The notes below the pieces were generated by a model that was given only the letters and a program-made list of their open reading frames with translations, had not been told where the DNA came from and did no database searches. A stretch of DNA of 58,607 nucleotides, filler included, from Sphacelaria rigidula (taxonomy: Eukaryota): NCBI GenBank assembly GCA_964200075.2. It is 6 parts of 6 records of this genome, joined end to end, with 100 filler letters (N's around TTAATTAATTAA, not from the genome) between each part and the next. Parts side by side here need not be neighbours in the genome. Positions count along the whole stretch, not along the records: positions 1 to 9,685 come from CAXNAA020007967.1; positions 9,786 to 19,470 come from CAXNAA020007968.1; 4 more parts are not named here. The stretch is one strand, 5' to 3'. Positions 1-10,227 of the stretch are shown piece after piece; the first letter of the stretch is position 1, and every line of letters starts with the position of its first letter. A program made the translations under genes and the position numbers.

Positions 1-65
1 ATTGTAGGGATGCGAGGTCAATGGTCTGATGACTATGGCATGCATAATCATGAGTACACCCCCCC
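1..65 (+). mobile_element. Terminus (type A) of C/G-tract-anchored repeat family
   Basis: GGGATGCGAGGTCAATGGTCTGATGACTATGGCATGCATAATCATGAGTACA followed by C7. Close copies at 7389-7672(-), 30129-30417, 33988-34046, 39141-39200 and 48771-48824(-). Confidence 0.8.
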
Positions 66-1887
66 TTCGGAGATGAGGCCGTCGAGTACAGCGTGTGCAA
101 TATCAAAACTGAGTCGGAACGTGCAAACGTCCTCAAACGCGCATCGCTAATAATATGGGATGAAATAGTAATGTCCTCCAAATATTCTTCCGAAGCTCTC
201 GACCTGACTCTGCAAGATTTGTGCCACAACAATCTCCCTCTCGGCGGCAAAACTATTATTTTCAGTGAAGACTGGCGCCAGGTTGCTCCCGTTCTCAAGA
301 TCGGTTCAGAAGCAGAAATCGTCGAGCACGCATTTATGTCTTCGCATTTGTGGAGCCATGTCAAACGTTTTCGATTGACCCAATCCATGAGAGATACGGA
401 CGATATACCCTTTGCAAAGACAATTCTCGCTGTTGGAAAAGGAAAAATTGAGCCAGTTTTATTAAATGATGGTTCAACAGTAGTACCTTTGAAATACAGC
501 CTAACAAACGAAGACGGTTCCATAACGACATGTTCCGTTGCAGGTACTACTGAATTCGAGAAACGAATAGACAAAGTTTACCCCGACCTCTTGGAAGTAA
601 GTCATAACACGTACAACGATCGCGGTATTTTTGCTCCTACAAATGATAGTATTGATCACATCAACGATTACATCTCGTAAAAAATGCATGCCCGTGTCCA
701 CCATCTCCTTCGCTCCGATAAAATAGTATCCGCCGACGAAAAATGCTTGATGTTGTCTCTGTCGAATATCTAAACAGCGTGAACGTTCCTGGACCTCAGC
801 CTCAAGGTCGGAGCTTTAGCTTTCTTCATAGGAAACGTAAATTTCGACAGCGGCCTCGTTAACGGTAAGAGAGGGGTAATGCGCGGGATTTCCAAGGGAG
901 TCATCGATGTCGGAGTATTGTCTGATGGATCTCCTGTGGTGAAGATTCCGCGAATTTGCTTCGAAGTGCAGGTCGGTGCCCGTGGCATTACCTTTCACCG
1001 TTATCAATTTTCAGTTAGGCTTTATTATGCCATGACCATGAACAAATCTCAAGGTCAAACCTTGAAGAAAGTCGGCCTCGACCTGCGGGGTGGAGGAATT
1101 TCGTCATGGCCAGCTCTACGTTGCTTTAAGTAGAACTACATGCAACGACAACATCCTATGCCTCGTCAACGAAGATCGCCTTTTGAGTGGTGTCCCACAC
1201 GTCCACAACGTTGTCTCTTCGGAGTTTATCGTTGCTACGGCAGGGCAACCTCCTCTAGTCTTTCATATTGCAGTGTCTCGTCACAGTCATATCAGCAACA
1301 ACACTGCTTCAAGCGACAGTAATGGTGGTGGTGATGAAGATAGCGGTGACAAAATTACCAACAGCGGCGACGGTGACAGCGGCCGTGGCCGCCACGAGGA
1401 CGACATTCATGATTACGATGATCAACAACATCCGCCGGGATCTTGGGAATTAGTCAATGAAATTGGAGACGGAGCTTGCTTGCTACGATGTATTGCCCGA
1501 CATGTTTTCAACGACCCTAATGCGCACACATTAGTGAGACTGCAACTTATCCAACACACGTCCGAACACCTTCATGATCCAATTCCAAATTCTGGGGGAA
1601 TGACTCTGCAAGCTTCAATCTCTGCTGGAACTCATTACGAACAAAAATGGACTGCTGGCTGTCCCGACCAAACAGACAATAGCGTTCAACATTACCTTCA
1701 GCTCATATCGCATCCTTACGCCTATGCCACTCTTGTCGAAATTATCGCTGCCCAACAATTGTAAAACATTAACAACCGTGTTACTCAAGTAGGTGATCCT
1801 TATCCGGGACCACCATCCGATAACACATGCGACGTTTTGTACGGCCACGATCACTGTGGTAAATTAAGATACAACAGCCTCTCTTAA
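63..1887 (+). mobile_element. Decayed Helitron RepHel 3' region: PIF1-family helicase followed by an OTU-like protease domain (stops and frameshifts)
   Basis: Helicase motifs LIIWDEIVM, GGKTIIFSEDWRQVAPV, LTQSMR, LKVGA..NVNFDSGLVNG, IPRI, YAMTMNKSQGQTLKKVGLDL and HGQLYVALSR are spread over shifting frames. GDGACLLRCIARHVF (OTU Cys box) follows in frame with the last helicase motif. In-frame stops at 678-680 and 1762-1764. Confidence 0.9.
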
Positions 1888-2338
1888 CCAATTATTTTCG
1901 ACTTGCGTCATCCCAGGAAAGCCCGTACCAACCTCCAGAAGGGGAACCTTGTATTCCATATCGTTTCATGTCGCATACCCCTCTAAACACCTGACTAACT
2001 CATTTGGAGACATCGCATCGTATCGGGGGGTATGTATGGGGTAGCGGTACACTGACATCATGTTCAAATTGTCAGGTAACCTGGGAGTATTGTGTATAAT
2101 CGAGCATAGCAGGTGGAATCCCCTTGATTCCCACAGACCGCAACATATCATGTATAACATGGGAGCTGCACACCATCGCCTACGCTCGCGGTTCGCGCAG
2201 TGCAATTCGAGGCCGTGTATGCCTACCATGTACTGAAAGATGACCTCCTCTTGTCGTTTTGCGTCTCCGGGCTACTTGGCTCATCGTTCTCTCCGTGGTC
2301 AAGCTGGCCGTTAGAAGTGAGGGAGAGCAGCAGTCGCA

Positions 2339-5300
2339 ATGGGGATCAACATCGAAGTGTCGACCACTGGAAAAGAGTTCTTCGCAGGAGAGGTCATTAA
2401 AGGTGTCGTTAACGTGAACGTCGACGCGGTAAGAGCTCGTGGAGTGGCGGTCTCGGGAGCAAATTTGGCAGCGGGAATTTATTCAGATTCAGACCACTGG
2501 TGTATATATTCGTGAGGATGTGCATTTCTTCTCTATTTTTTCATCTCCATCCCATCGGCACTTCGGCCGCTTCCTCGGGGTTTTCATATCGCTGGGCTAT
2601 AGCTCATATCGTCGCAACCGACAGCTCCCAACACATAGCGACGATTCGACTCAGCTCTCTGCATAACGTACCAACACACCAACTGTAGTAGCACCTGAAG
2701 TCTCGGGTCCAAGGCGTGGATCGTGACCATCGTTCTGCAGTAGTTGGTGACCAGTCTCAAGTTTTCACACCGTTTGTGCGCCGCTCAGATGTTTTGAAAA
2801 TTCTAAATCGAGGCACACAAGGTGTGAAATCCTGACCCCCCATTCACCAACTACAGCAGCATGACGGCCGCAGTCCACGCCATGCACCGAGAATTGATAC
2901 ACTGCTATAAACACGGGATTTTACAAATTGGGAATGGATTTCTCAGTGAGGATGAGAACCCGGAGAACTCAAATCTTCGTATCCACACCAAATCTTCGAA
3001 ATATGATTTCATTTCTTCACTTGCTGATAGCCATTGACAACTACTACGCGCCATACATATATGGATTTTGATAATCGAAATGTTGGGGTCCTAGGTGAAA
3101 AACTAATTTTGGGGTCCGATCGGATCACCTCAATTCCCCAAAATTGTTTTCTCACCTTGGACCCCAACATTTCGGCTCTCAAAATCCACATTTGTATGGC
3201 ATGTAGCACTTGTCAATAGCTGCCAGTAGGTGAAGGAACTGAACCATGTTTCAAAGATTCGGTGTGGATACGATATTTTCATTCCCCAGGTCCTCATCCT
3301 CAATAAAAAATACACCCCCAATTCGTGAACATCCCGTGTTCATGGTAGGTGTGTCGGTGAGTCGTGTATAATCTGAGTCTAATCGTGACTATGTGTTGTC
3401 AGAGTTGTGGGTTCTGAGGATATGAGCTATGGTCCAGCGGCATCAAAACATCGACTAGGCATTGTACAAGCCATGGGAGTGTTGAAAAACACCCAATCGA
3501 AAACAAAATCCACAACCCTACCTATGAGATGCGACCTTGGGCCTGGTTTTATTGTAGCGTTGGAATTGCACTTTCGTTTCCACTTCCCCACATTTCATGG
3601 AAGCATGGAACGCGCATCCCCACCCCAAAGCACTTCACCTGCTGGTGCGGAAGTCGTAACGCGCCTTGCGGTTCCCACAGACATACCACGCGCAAGACGT
3701 TGGACCCAAAGGGTTGTTCTCGTTGTGTACGCCGCGTCTTCGGTGCCCAATTTATTTCCGCTGGTGCTGGAAGTCACCGTGACTGGTCGATGTCTTGCGC
3801 ATTGTCGCGAGGTACACATATCCGCAGTTTGTATTTGTACAAAAGGTAACCGCACTATTGCTTTGCGAGAGCAGACCAACATAAGCAGTGAAGGGTGTCG
3901 CCTAGAGTGCACTTTTAGGCCGTTACCTTTGCGGTTGGTACTGGACAGGATTGGTTTCACCGCTTGTCTAGCAGTACCTCTCACATGACTTCACCAAACG
4001 CAACACCGAGAGCTTTCAGCAAACTAGATACTACGAAAGCAATAAGTTGCTTCAGCTGTTCCCTTCCGCCTTCGCTCCCGGTAACGGGAGCAAGCTATGC
4101 CCATTTCTGCGCATGGTTTCAATACCCAGGGAGAGTCCGTCGGGGCGGCAGCGGGCGATCTCGTGGTACAACTGGTCGGTCAAGTTGTGACGCTTGCCAA
4201 GAACAACATCAGTGTTCCGGTTGCAACAGCTTCTGGAATCGCGCCGGTGACACTCCGAGATATCGCCACGGAGACGCAGCAGTTCCTCGCGTTCGATATT
4301 ACCTTGGCATCTTTCGGCGGGCGGGCGATGCCGGGTACCCACAGCTTTCCGTTTGCGGTTGCTCTGCCCGCTAACTTGCCATCGTCCATGTCGGTGCGAA
4401 GCAATTCTTATTGTATAGTGCAGGTTCCGTACGTGTTATAGCTCCAACACGTATTTGCATGTGCAGATTGATCCAGCAGCGCAGTAGTCACCATCCTCTG
4501 TGATCGATCCACGGTGTAGTTTCCCCCACAAGTAGTCAGCTTTACGGACCGATGCACAAGGTGGTGTGTTTCCGGTAGTCACGCTAACGCTTTCGGACGG
4601 CCATTCAACTCGCATCACATGTGAATGAATGCGAGAAACGGAGTTTGCTATCCAATGTTCACCTCGGCGATATGTTTGTCCCTCTATGCAGTACAAAGCT
4701 GCTCACAAACCTGACTGAGATTTTGTGAAGAAACTCGGAGCCTTCGCTACAGATGGCGTGTACACAGCGGGCAGCAGCAATCCCGACGCATACAGAGGAG
4801 GTCAGCATGACCGCGTCGCCGATGCTACGGATCCATGGGCTCTTTGCAAATGATCGTCGTTTCAACGGAGCATCAAGAGGCGCGCCTGAATTGTCTGCAG
4901 TCGAGGCCCTGATGTCTAACGACCACTGCTGTCGTTAACGAACGTCGAGGTGTACCACCGTACTTCCTCTGCGCCATAAGTAAAGGTCCTTATGGGGGGC
5001 AGATCATATCTCGACAATGGAGCTACCCACAATACTGTAATTTGGCTTGTTGAAACGCTATAGCTACGGTGATCCTCATGAAAAAAACGAGACAAAACTC
5101 TGAGTCGTACTTGCTGACAACTCGTGGGTTGAAACATGGTCAAATTCGACCAATTCCCACGACATTCTACCATTTTCGTCAAAAATTCTACTGCTTTTGC
5201 CTGATTTGTAACCAAATGGAGGCAGCTGTGTGACCAAGTGGTTTTGGACGAAGCGTGGGTATTGTACAAAGCTGATGAATCGCAGACATGAAGTTTTTTC

Positions 5301-6656
5301 GACGTTTTCCCGTGATTTCTGGAGTTTTTTTGGTTTCCAATGTTCTTCCCTGTTTTCCAGAAACGGGTCAAAATACGGCTTTTGGGGGGCCGACTGATTA
5401 GTTTCGACCGTTCAATCATGCATAATGGTGCGCGCAGAAGGAAAAAAAAGACGCGGACTTGAATAAAAAAACACTGAAGATTTCGAAAACATGATCGCCT
5501 TTTGCATCGGTGACGGTCAAGGGTCTGTGTAGTCATAACGGCCTTTGCTCATGACACAGAGGAAGTATGCCTGTAAACTATGGCATTGGCCTCTCTGTGC
5601 CATGTCCCTTTTCGATTGCAGGAAATCGGCGATTCGGGTGACAGCTGTGGGGTCGCGTACGGGTTCAAGGCCAGATTGCATCGTCCAGGTATATTGAAGT
5701 TCGATGCAACGGGAAAAGCACAGATCACTGTCATTGCAAGGCCTCAGCAGTTCGTTGCGACGCCCGTGTTGGCGGGCCCCATCACCCAGCAAATGACCAA
5801 GAACTGCTGCTTCAAAAGCGGGAGGTACGTGATGGTGCTATCACGAAAATAGAAGTGTAAATAGCGAATGGTCGAGAGCTACAAGTATGGGTTCCCAGGT
5901 AATCTTTGTCGACTTCGTGACACATTGCCCTCGTCGTGCGAATTTCACTCTGTTTTATGCCGTTCTCTGCTCGTCGCAATACGCCGTTCCTTGCCTGGTG
6001 CCAGCATTAGCATCGGCTTTCAAGCGGATCGAACAGTGGTGGGACGCAACGAGCGCTTGGGCATCATTGTGGTCACACGAAACGACAGCTCCTGTTCCGT
6101 GAAAGACATGCGTATTGAGATCTGGCAGCACTCCACCTGGTACGCTAATGGCGAGCAGGCATCGGCGCATCGCATCATGGGACACGTAACGGTGCCTGGC
6201 GCACAGGTCGGTGCTACCGGGCAGGGCGCCCAGCCCGTCACCGGAATCGTGGGCTCGAACTCGGCGGTGGCTCAGGCTGCTCAGCGGGAGCTACAAGGCT
6301 TGTTGGCGAATGGGGCGGGAGTTCGGCATGAGGTGGTCATTCCGAATAAATGCTCGGATTCGATGGATATTGGTATTATATCGGTCCGTCACTCGCTCGA
6401 CATTCGCCTGAAGACTCAGGGAATCAGTAATACACCGCACGTATCAGCGCCGCTAGTCGTGCAGAGGATACTTGGAGAAGGTGTATTGTTCGGGGAAAGC
6501 AACGAGTCAGCGCCTTCGTTGCGTCCTGCTGAGGCAGCTTACGCAGCTCCAGTGGCCACTGTGGTGCAGGTACCTCAGCATGTGGTGGGAATCAAGATGG
6601 AGACACTCCCTGATACGTCGATGTCGGTGCCTGATACGTCGATGTCGGTGCCGTGA
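2339..6656 (+). CDS. Arrestin-domain (Arrestin_N/Arrestin_C) protein, 4 exons, 402 aa
   Basis: Exons 2339-2428, 4130-4393, 5622-5824 and 6005-6656 have GT/AG boundaries and consistent phases (1209 nt). Motifs MGINIEV..FFAGEVIKGVVNV, PGTHSFPFAVALPANLPSS, VAYGFKARLHRPG, IIVVTRNDSSCSVKDMRIEI and ISVRHSLDIRL are typical of alpha-arrestin folds. Confidence 0.88.
2689..2907. repeat. Foldback (long imperfect inverted repeat), MITE-like
   Basis: Left arm ..GGCGTGGA..GTAGTTGGTGA..TTTCACACC pairs with right arm GGTGTGAAA..TCACCAACTAC..TCCACGCC. Arms are about 100 nt. Confidence 0.75.
2907..3343. repeat. Foldback (about 210-nt arms), MITE-like
   Basis: AACACGGGAT..GAGGATGAG..TCGTATCCACACC..CGAAATGTTGGGGTCC is mirrored by GGACCCCAACATTTCG..GGTGTGGATACGA..CTCATCCTC..ATCCCGTGTT. 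Centre is near 3125. Confidence 0.85.
4963..5565. mobile_element. Tc1/mariner-type (Stowaway-like) MITE in arrestin intron 2
   Basis: TA|CTTCCTCTGCGCCATAAGTAAAGG ... CCTTTGCTCATGACACAGAGGAAG|TA. Imperfect TIR of about 35 nt with TA on both sides. Confidence 0.75.
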
Positions 6657-7388
6657 AGAGCAAGAAGCAGTTCTGCGCGTAGCATGATCGGCAGCCGCAG
6701 GCTTGGCAGAAGTCTTCGAACCCCGGCGCATGTTTCCCCGGAGATCGAGGAAGTTTCCCTTGCAATACGTTTTTTTCGGGAGTGGGGTTGAGTGTTAACA
6801 CGGCCCAAGGGTGCGATCACACGAAAGAAGCGGTGATACGGGGATCGTGGAGTTGCTGGGAGAAAACGTCAAGTACTGTACAGGAAAGTGAAGTTGCTGG
6901 GAGACACTTCCAGCATTGGGGGCGGGTGGCGGGGCGGGGGGGGGGGGGACAGCGGCGGCAGCGGGGAGACGCTGTGATCGCTTGACGACGACAAAATTTA
7001 CTGGAAAAGGGAGCTGGCTGCTTGTTCACACTAGACACAATCAGACGGCTCAAGAAGTTGACTTCAACGTTGATAGTGTCAATGGACTCGAAGAATTGAT
7101 GTAGACTTGTTCAAGGTATTCACAAAATTTCACCGCAAGTCATGGGAATTGGACTGGTGTAGAAGCGAGAAGGAGAGGTCGACCGAGTTGGAAGTTGTAG
7201 AGTTTGCCCAAAGTACCACCACATCACACGTGTATATGTGGAGAGGGGAGGATAATCTCAGGTCAGCTACCGACCTATGGTATGTTCATGAGGCCACCCC
7301 GGTAGGTTTTGTAGTTACTGTCAGAGTGCTTGCGAGATGCTCGTTGAGAAGTTTCGAATATCTCAATGTCAAGTTCCTCTCAAGGCGT

Positions 7389-7672
7389 GGGGAGTGGGAG
7401 TGTACTCATGATCTTGCACACCGTAGTCATAAGACCATTGACCTCGCATCCTTACGAAGCCGGGACGGAGCAAGCCCGATTTTCGCTGGACCAGGCTCGC
7501 AACCACCAAGTGCGAAGCGCCGTAATGTGTCCGGCGAGTCGCATGAAGAGTGATCTCCATTCTGCTAAAATCGTTCAGCCCGAAGCGTACTGATTATCTT
7601 GCATATGGACGACAGCCCACAACGAGCTGCTTCATTTTCTAATATCTTCACTCCTAGAGACAGCCACGGCTT
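7389..7672 (-). mobile_element. Type A end plus about 220 nt of internal sequence of the C/G-tract-anchored repeat
   Basis: Reverse-complement match over about 280 nt to 30129-30417. Begins at a G-rich tract followed by TGTACTCATG. Confidence 0.8.
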
Positions 7673-9685
7673 ATACGCTGCCTCCTTGGTGTCTCATCAA
7701 TTTACCATTGCGTCGTTCGATCATCCCCGTTGCGCAAAGTTGAGGTTCTCCACCTGCATAATATGATCTAGCTCAAAACCATCATGGCTACCGCAAATAA
7801 AACGCTGTGGGAAAACAATGGTAACCTGGTTGTCTAGCTTACGAAGTGAGTGGCCTGTTCCACAGCGTCGTTGCCAGCCGACGCCAATCCTCTGGGGGCG
7901 GGGAGGGGGTGATGCCGGAAGCAATATATATATATATATATATACGTGTGTGTTACCTACCCCTTGTGTGTTGCTAAGGGCGGTGTCAAAACAAAATGCG
8001 CTGTTTCATCTGGCAGTTAAAACGCGAAATTTTTCAAGGGAGGTTACCCTGATCCTCGGTGGTGCTGCAAAGACACACCCACAGGCTAGTTATTTGGAAA
8101 ATATTCTCCATGTACATGATCAGGTTTATTTACGTGGCATCTAGCGAGGTCTCCGGGTAATGATTCGATGTTTCTCAGGTCGACGTGGAGAACCTTCTGT
8201 GGACTGATACCGACGCTCACTTTTCGGGTGCAATCGACACCATCATGTGTCTGATTCCCTCGTCAACGAAAATGTTCAGATAATTGTTTCCCTGCTCGCG
8301 TGATGGTTATGTGAAGGATGCAGAAGCAAGATGATATATCCCTAATACCTGTCCGTCATGAAGGAGCTCCACGACTGGTACGGGAATTATAATATACTCC
8401 AACAACGTCGGGTGCTTCTAAAGCCAAATATGGCTACATCTTCGCAGGGACACATCCGTTTAGACTCCGATATACACCCATCTCGGAGCGCCACAACGGA
8501 CGGAACGTGAAGCTACATTGAACGGGAAAGACTTCTCTACGCACGCACAACTAACTTCTAAGAAACAGGGAGATGATAGACTTGGCCTTCATCTAGAAAA
8601 CGAACGCTCGAGAGTCGGAGCTCGATTCGATCTAGCATGAGAGACCTGGCAACTGGAACAACGAAATTCTGGCCGCGAGCGGATGAGGAACTCGGCACTA
8701 CTTTACCTCCAGGCTTGGTGGTGGATTTGTACCCTTTTGAGGCGTACACGCTTTGTAGGGTTAATAAGCTCTTTGGTTGCAACCAGAGCTTGTTGGGAAC
8801 ATTCCTGCAAAAACACATTTTGGTCAAGTGTCAAAAATAGGGTTCACGCCAGGGACAAGGGGATATCGAAAACAAGTGAAGGAACCGGAAGTTACACGAC
8901 TACCGCACTCGAATTTCTTGGTACTTGTTGTTGATGTCATAAACGAAAACACTCCGTTCCACATTTTCCATGTGCAACACGGGCGCTCCCGCCAGCACCT
9001 GGAAGTCACGGTAATTGACATTTACGTACAAGTACCCTGATCCTTGCTACTGAGAGACTAGCCGTAAGAAGCAGCATTTTGAGTACCAGAATAGAACTGT
9101 CTCCGCTGGTTTTTCTCCGGCAGGACTGGGCTTTGAGACTTGGCATCCTGTCACGGTTGTACGTCTCACGGTAGCTTTTGTCGTGCTCCAGAGACGATCG
9201 CGTGGGTGACCCCGAACAAAAGTCAATCAGGTACTTATCTGGCCTCAAGATACATTTTTTGTTTTAACTTCTACCACAGACTAAAGCTCCAGTCATTGAT
9301 AACCCCATGGTACGCAACTGTCATGTGCTTATTTAATACCATACTGCACTGATTGTGGACCAACCCCTTTCCACCCACCCCCAACAATTGCAGGGAGTGG
9401 GAGGGTAGAAAGGGGAAGTGCCTACAGATTCATGCGAGTGCATGACTACAACTGCACCAAATTGTAGCTGTAATTAGCTGCCTCAGTTCCACAGTAGAAC
9501 CCCTCGTCCGGTTGCTTCGGCGTAATCGAGTATACTCACACTCAATGTTGGACACACGCGGACAGGCCTGGATGAGTTGGAAATGGATATTGTGATTGGA
9601 TTATGACGTATGGGTGAAGGGCATATAAGAGATACAGTTCTGTTATTAAAGGTATACCCGATATGTTGGTTGCAGTAAGAATCTG

Positions 9686-9785
9686 NNNNNNNNNNNNNNN
9701 NNNNNNNNNNNNNNNNNNNNNNNNNNNNNTTAATTAATTAANNNNNNNNNNNNNNNNNNNNNNNNNNNNNNNNNNNNNNNNNNNN
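9686..9785. other. Artificial contig linker (44 N + TTAATTAATTAA + 44 N); same linker at 19471-19570, 29256-29355, 39041-39140 and 48825-48924
   Basis: Identical 100-nt spacer with stop codons in all six frames, recurring every 9784-9785 nt. Confidence 0.98.
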
Positions 9786-10169
9786 CCCCGTCACCCGACC
9801 TGCCTTGATCAATGACAAAAGCAAAAGCGGTCACCCCCCCCCCCCCCCCCCCACCCCTCCCGATTTCATTGCTATAGGGCTGATGTTGTCAGTCACCGAG
9901 AGACCTGAAATTGCTTGACGCACGAACATAACGCAATGATGACGTGTGAATCATTCATGATATGGCTGCTTATTTGCTGCTATGTCACGTACTCTACTAG
10001 GCAAAGTAGAGATTGTACCCCACGTGTTGATAGCCCTTACAGTAGTCCCTGGGGTACGCCCTGTATGTGACATTAAAATTCGGGCGGGCGATGTCTTCTT
10101 TAGTCGTGGTTGACGTCTTGAGTCGCACAACCTGTTACTAAGGTCGAAGGTTCCGATTGATATCTTGAT

Positions 10170-10216
10170 TCCCCACCGCCCCACCGCCCCACCGCCCCAC
10201 CGCCCCACCGCCCCAC
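10170..10216. repeat. (CCCCACCG)n minisatellite just upstream of a splice acceptor
   Basis: Five to six tandem 8-mers. Confidence 0.9.
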
Positions 10217-10227
10217 GTTGAACGCAG

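Noticed and set aside
3407..3988. 193-aa ORF (VLEVTVTGRC) as an arrestin exon
   Set aside because: Exon 1 joins exon 4130 in phase and supplies the equivalent strand. No clear acceptor is present.
4916..5536. 206-aa minus-strand ORF
   Set aside because: It lies within a MITE and has no protein-like motifs.
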